Below, piece by piece: positions 62,781 to 64,000 of a stretch of DNA of 64,000 nucleotides (position 1 is its first letter; each line of letters starts with the position of its first letter). A program made the position numbers and the translations under genes. The stretch is from Porphyridium purpureum (Eukaryota). Below the pieces are notes generated by a model. The model was not told the DNA's origin. It saw only the letters and a list, made by a program, of their open reading frames with translations, and made no database searches. The stretch is from NCBI GenBank assembly GCA_008690995.1, contig VRMN01000001.1, positions 558,001 to 622,000 on the forward strand, given 5' to 3'.

Positions 62781-63269
62781 ATGGTTGTGGTGTGCGCCAG
62801 CAGAAAGAGCGGCCGCGCGGTCGTGCCGGCCATGGTGCCGGCGCTGCGCGTGGAGCTCGTCGTGTCAAAGCAGATGGTCATGGGCCTCGCCGCCTTGTTC
62901 TTCCAGGTCCAGCGCACCGCGCTCATGGCAAAGCTGGAGCTGCCAAAGTTCTCCATGCCGTCCATGCCATCCATGCCAAAGCTCACGGTCCCCAAGCTTC
63001 AGATGCCAAAGTTGGGCGGCGGTGAGAAGAAGGACAAGGCCGCCAAGCCCTCGCCGTCGGCACCAAAGACTACCATCCGACCGTCCGGTGGTGTCAAGGT
63101 GCGCGCGGCCGTCGGGAACAAGTCGAACGTGGACGCGCCAAGCTTCAAGGGATCGAACATGGAGCTCGCAGACTCTGGTGCCGACTACAAAGCCTTCCCA
63201 AAGCGAAGGATGCCGGGTGCCAACATGCAGGGTTTCCTTGACATGGCAAAGGGCATGAAGCCAAAGTAA
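62781..63269 (+). CDS. Small basic Met/Pro/Lys-rich hypothetical protein
   Basis: Strong GC3 codon bias, MPS/MPK repeats, stop TAA at 63267-63269. Start is uncertain. Confidence 0.6.
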   Translation: MVVVCASRKSGRAVVPAMVPALRVELVVSKQMVMGLAALFFQVQRTALMAKLELPKFSMPSMPSMPKLTVPKLQMPKLGGGEKKDKAAKPSPSAPKTTIRPSGGVKVRAAVGNKSNVDAPSFKGSNMELADSGADYKAFPKRRMPGANMQGFLDMAKGMKPK

Positions 63270-63452
63270 ATAGGCTGTACATCCATTCGGAAAAGTATCG
63301 GGTCGCAGTCGCTGTCATAATCTCGGTCATTAGCGTAGGCTGAATAAAATAGTCGAAAAGCATGCGGTGTGCTCACGTTCTCTGACCAAAGTGCGGCGGA
63401 AACAAGCCAGCAAACTCGGATTTGGCAAATTCTTCACGAGCGAGAACCTTGC

Positions 63453-64000
63453 TCAAGCGTCTGCCAGCTCGTTCAGATAATGCTCGACGTCGATCGCAGC
63501 CATGCATCCTGTGCCTGCGGCTGTAATAGCTTGTCGATACTTTTTGTCTTGGCAATCACCGGCCGCAAAGACGCCGCGGCGGCTGGTACTCGTAGTGCCC
63601 GGTTTCGTCACAATGTAGCCGGCTTCGTCCAGCGCGAGCTGCCCGCCAAGAAAATCTGTATTCGGCTTGTGGCCTATAGCAAAGAACATGCCGCCAGCGT
63701 CCATCACCTGCTCATTGCCGGTCTTGAGGTCTTTGACGGAAACATGAGTTACGACGTTTCCGTCACCAATCACGCTCGAGACTGCGGCCGAGTACAATAC
63801 ACGAATCTTCGGATGCTCGACTGCGCGCCGCTGCATGATTTTGCTCGCACGGAGCTCATCGCGACGGTGCACAATAAACACCATACTCGCGTATTTGGTC
63901 AGAAAGACGGCCTCCTCCATTGCGCTATCTCCTCCGCCGATAACGAACAGATTCTTGTCACGGAATAGGGGCGCTGCACCGTCGCAAACTGCGCAGGCAC
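63453..64000 (-). CDS. NADPH-dependent thioredoxin reductase (low-MW NTR), 3' part; gene continues beyond the window end
   Basis: Frame is open to the window edge: [67 protein letters not shown]. Confidence 0.96.
   Translation of the reverse strand, partial: ACAVCDGAAPLFRDKNLFVIGGGDSAMEEAVFLTKYASMVFIVHRRDELRASKIMQRRAVEHPKIRVLYSAAVSSVIGDGNVVTHVSVKDLKTGNEQVMDAGGMFFAIGHKPNTDFLGGQLALDEAGYIVTKPGTTSTSRRGVFAAGDCQDKKYRQAITAAGTGCMAAIDVEHYLNELADA

Noticed and set aside
63320..63455. TGA stop of thioredoxin reductase as selenocysteine readthrough
   Set aside because: This is the low-MW CxxC type, complete at the TGA. There is no GCUG motif and no recognisable SECIS.
1..64000. CRISPR arrays, transposons, viral inserts, rRNA, and the many short overlapping ORFs
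   Set aside because: No repeat-spacer arrays or transposase/RT/integrase motifs were seen. The short ORFs are GC-rich shadow frames of the real genes.

Overview
Eukaryotic nuclear DNA: gene-dense, GC-rich, standard genetic code, almost no spliceosomal introns. The overall style suggests a unicellular red alga such as Porphyridium; this is inference and was not verified. Recognisable genes are copine, a GXYLT-type GT8 glycosyltransferase, a POT1-like telomere protein, DPH5, a GNAT acetyltransferase, a degenerate TilS-like protein, a CCDC137-like protein, an intronless 6437-aa midasin, a Slo/BK-family K+ channel, DNA polymerase epsilon catalytic subunit, SIN3, a membrane-anchored S8 subtilase and the 3' part of an NADPH-thioredoxin reductase, plus four unknown ORFs. 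The main findings are: (1) a tRNA-Val(UAC) gene, invisible in the ORF track, interrupted in its D-loop (20/21) by a 50-nt intron whose junctions form a bulge-helix-bulge-like motif; (2) a 7-mer, ACTGTAC, recurring in most 5' flanks, with telo-boxes and E2F sites nearby at some promoters; (3) frame breaks in two adjacent genes: an extra 8-nt repeat unit in the K+ channel and one extra G in a G7 run in POLE; (4) an apparently catalytically dead TilS-like protein next to the tRNA. All family calls rest on motif recognition by eye; no database searches were run.
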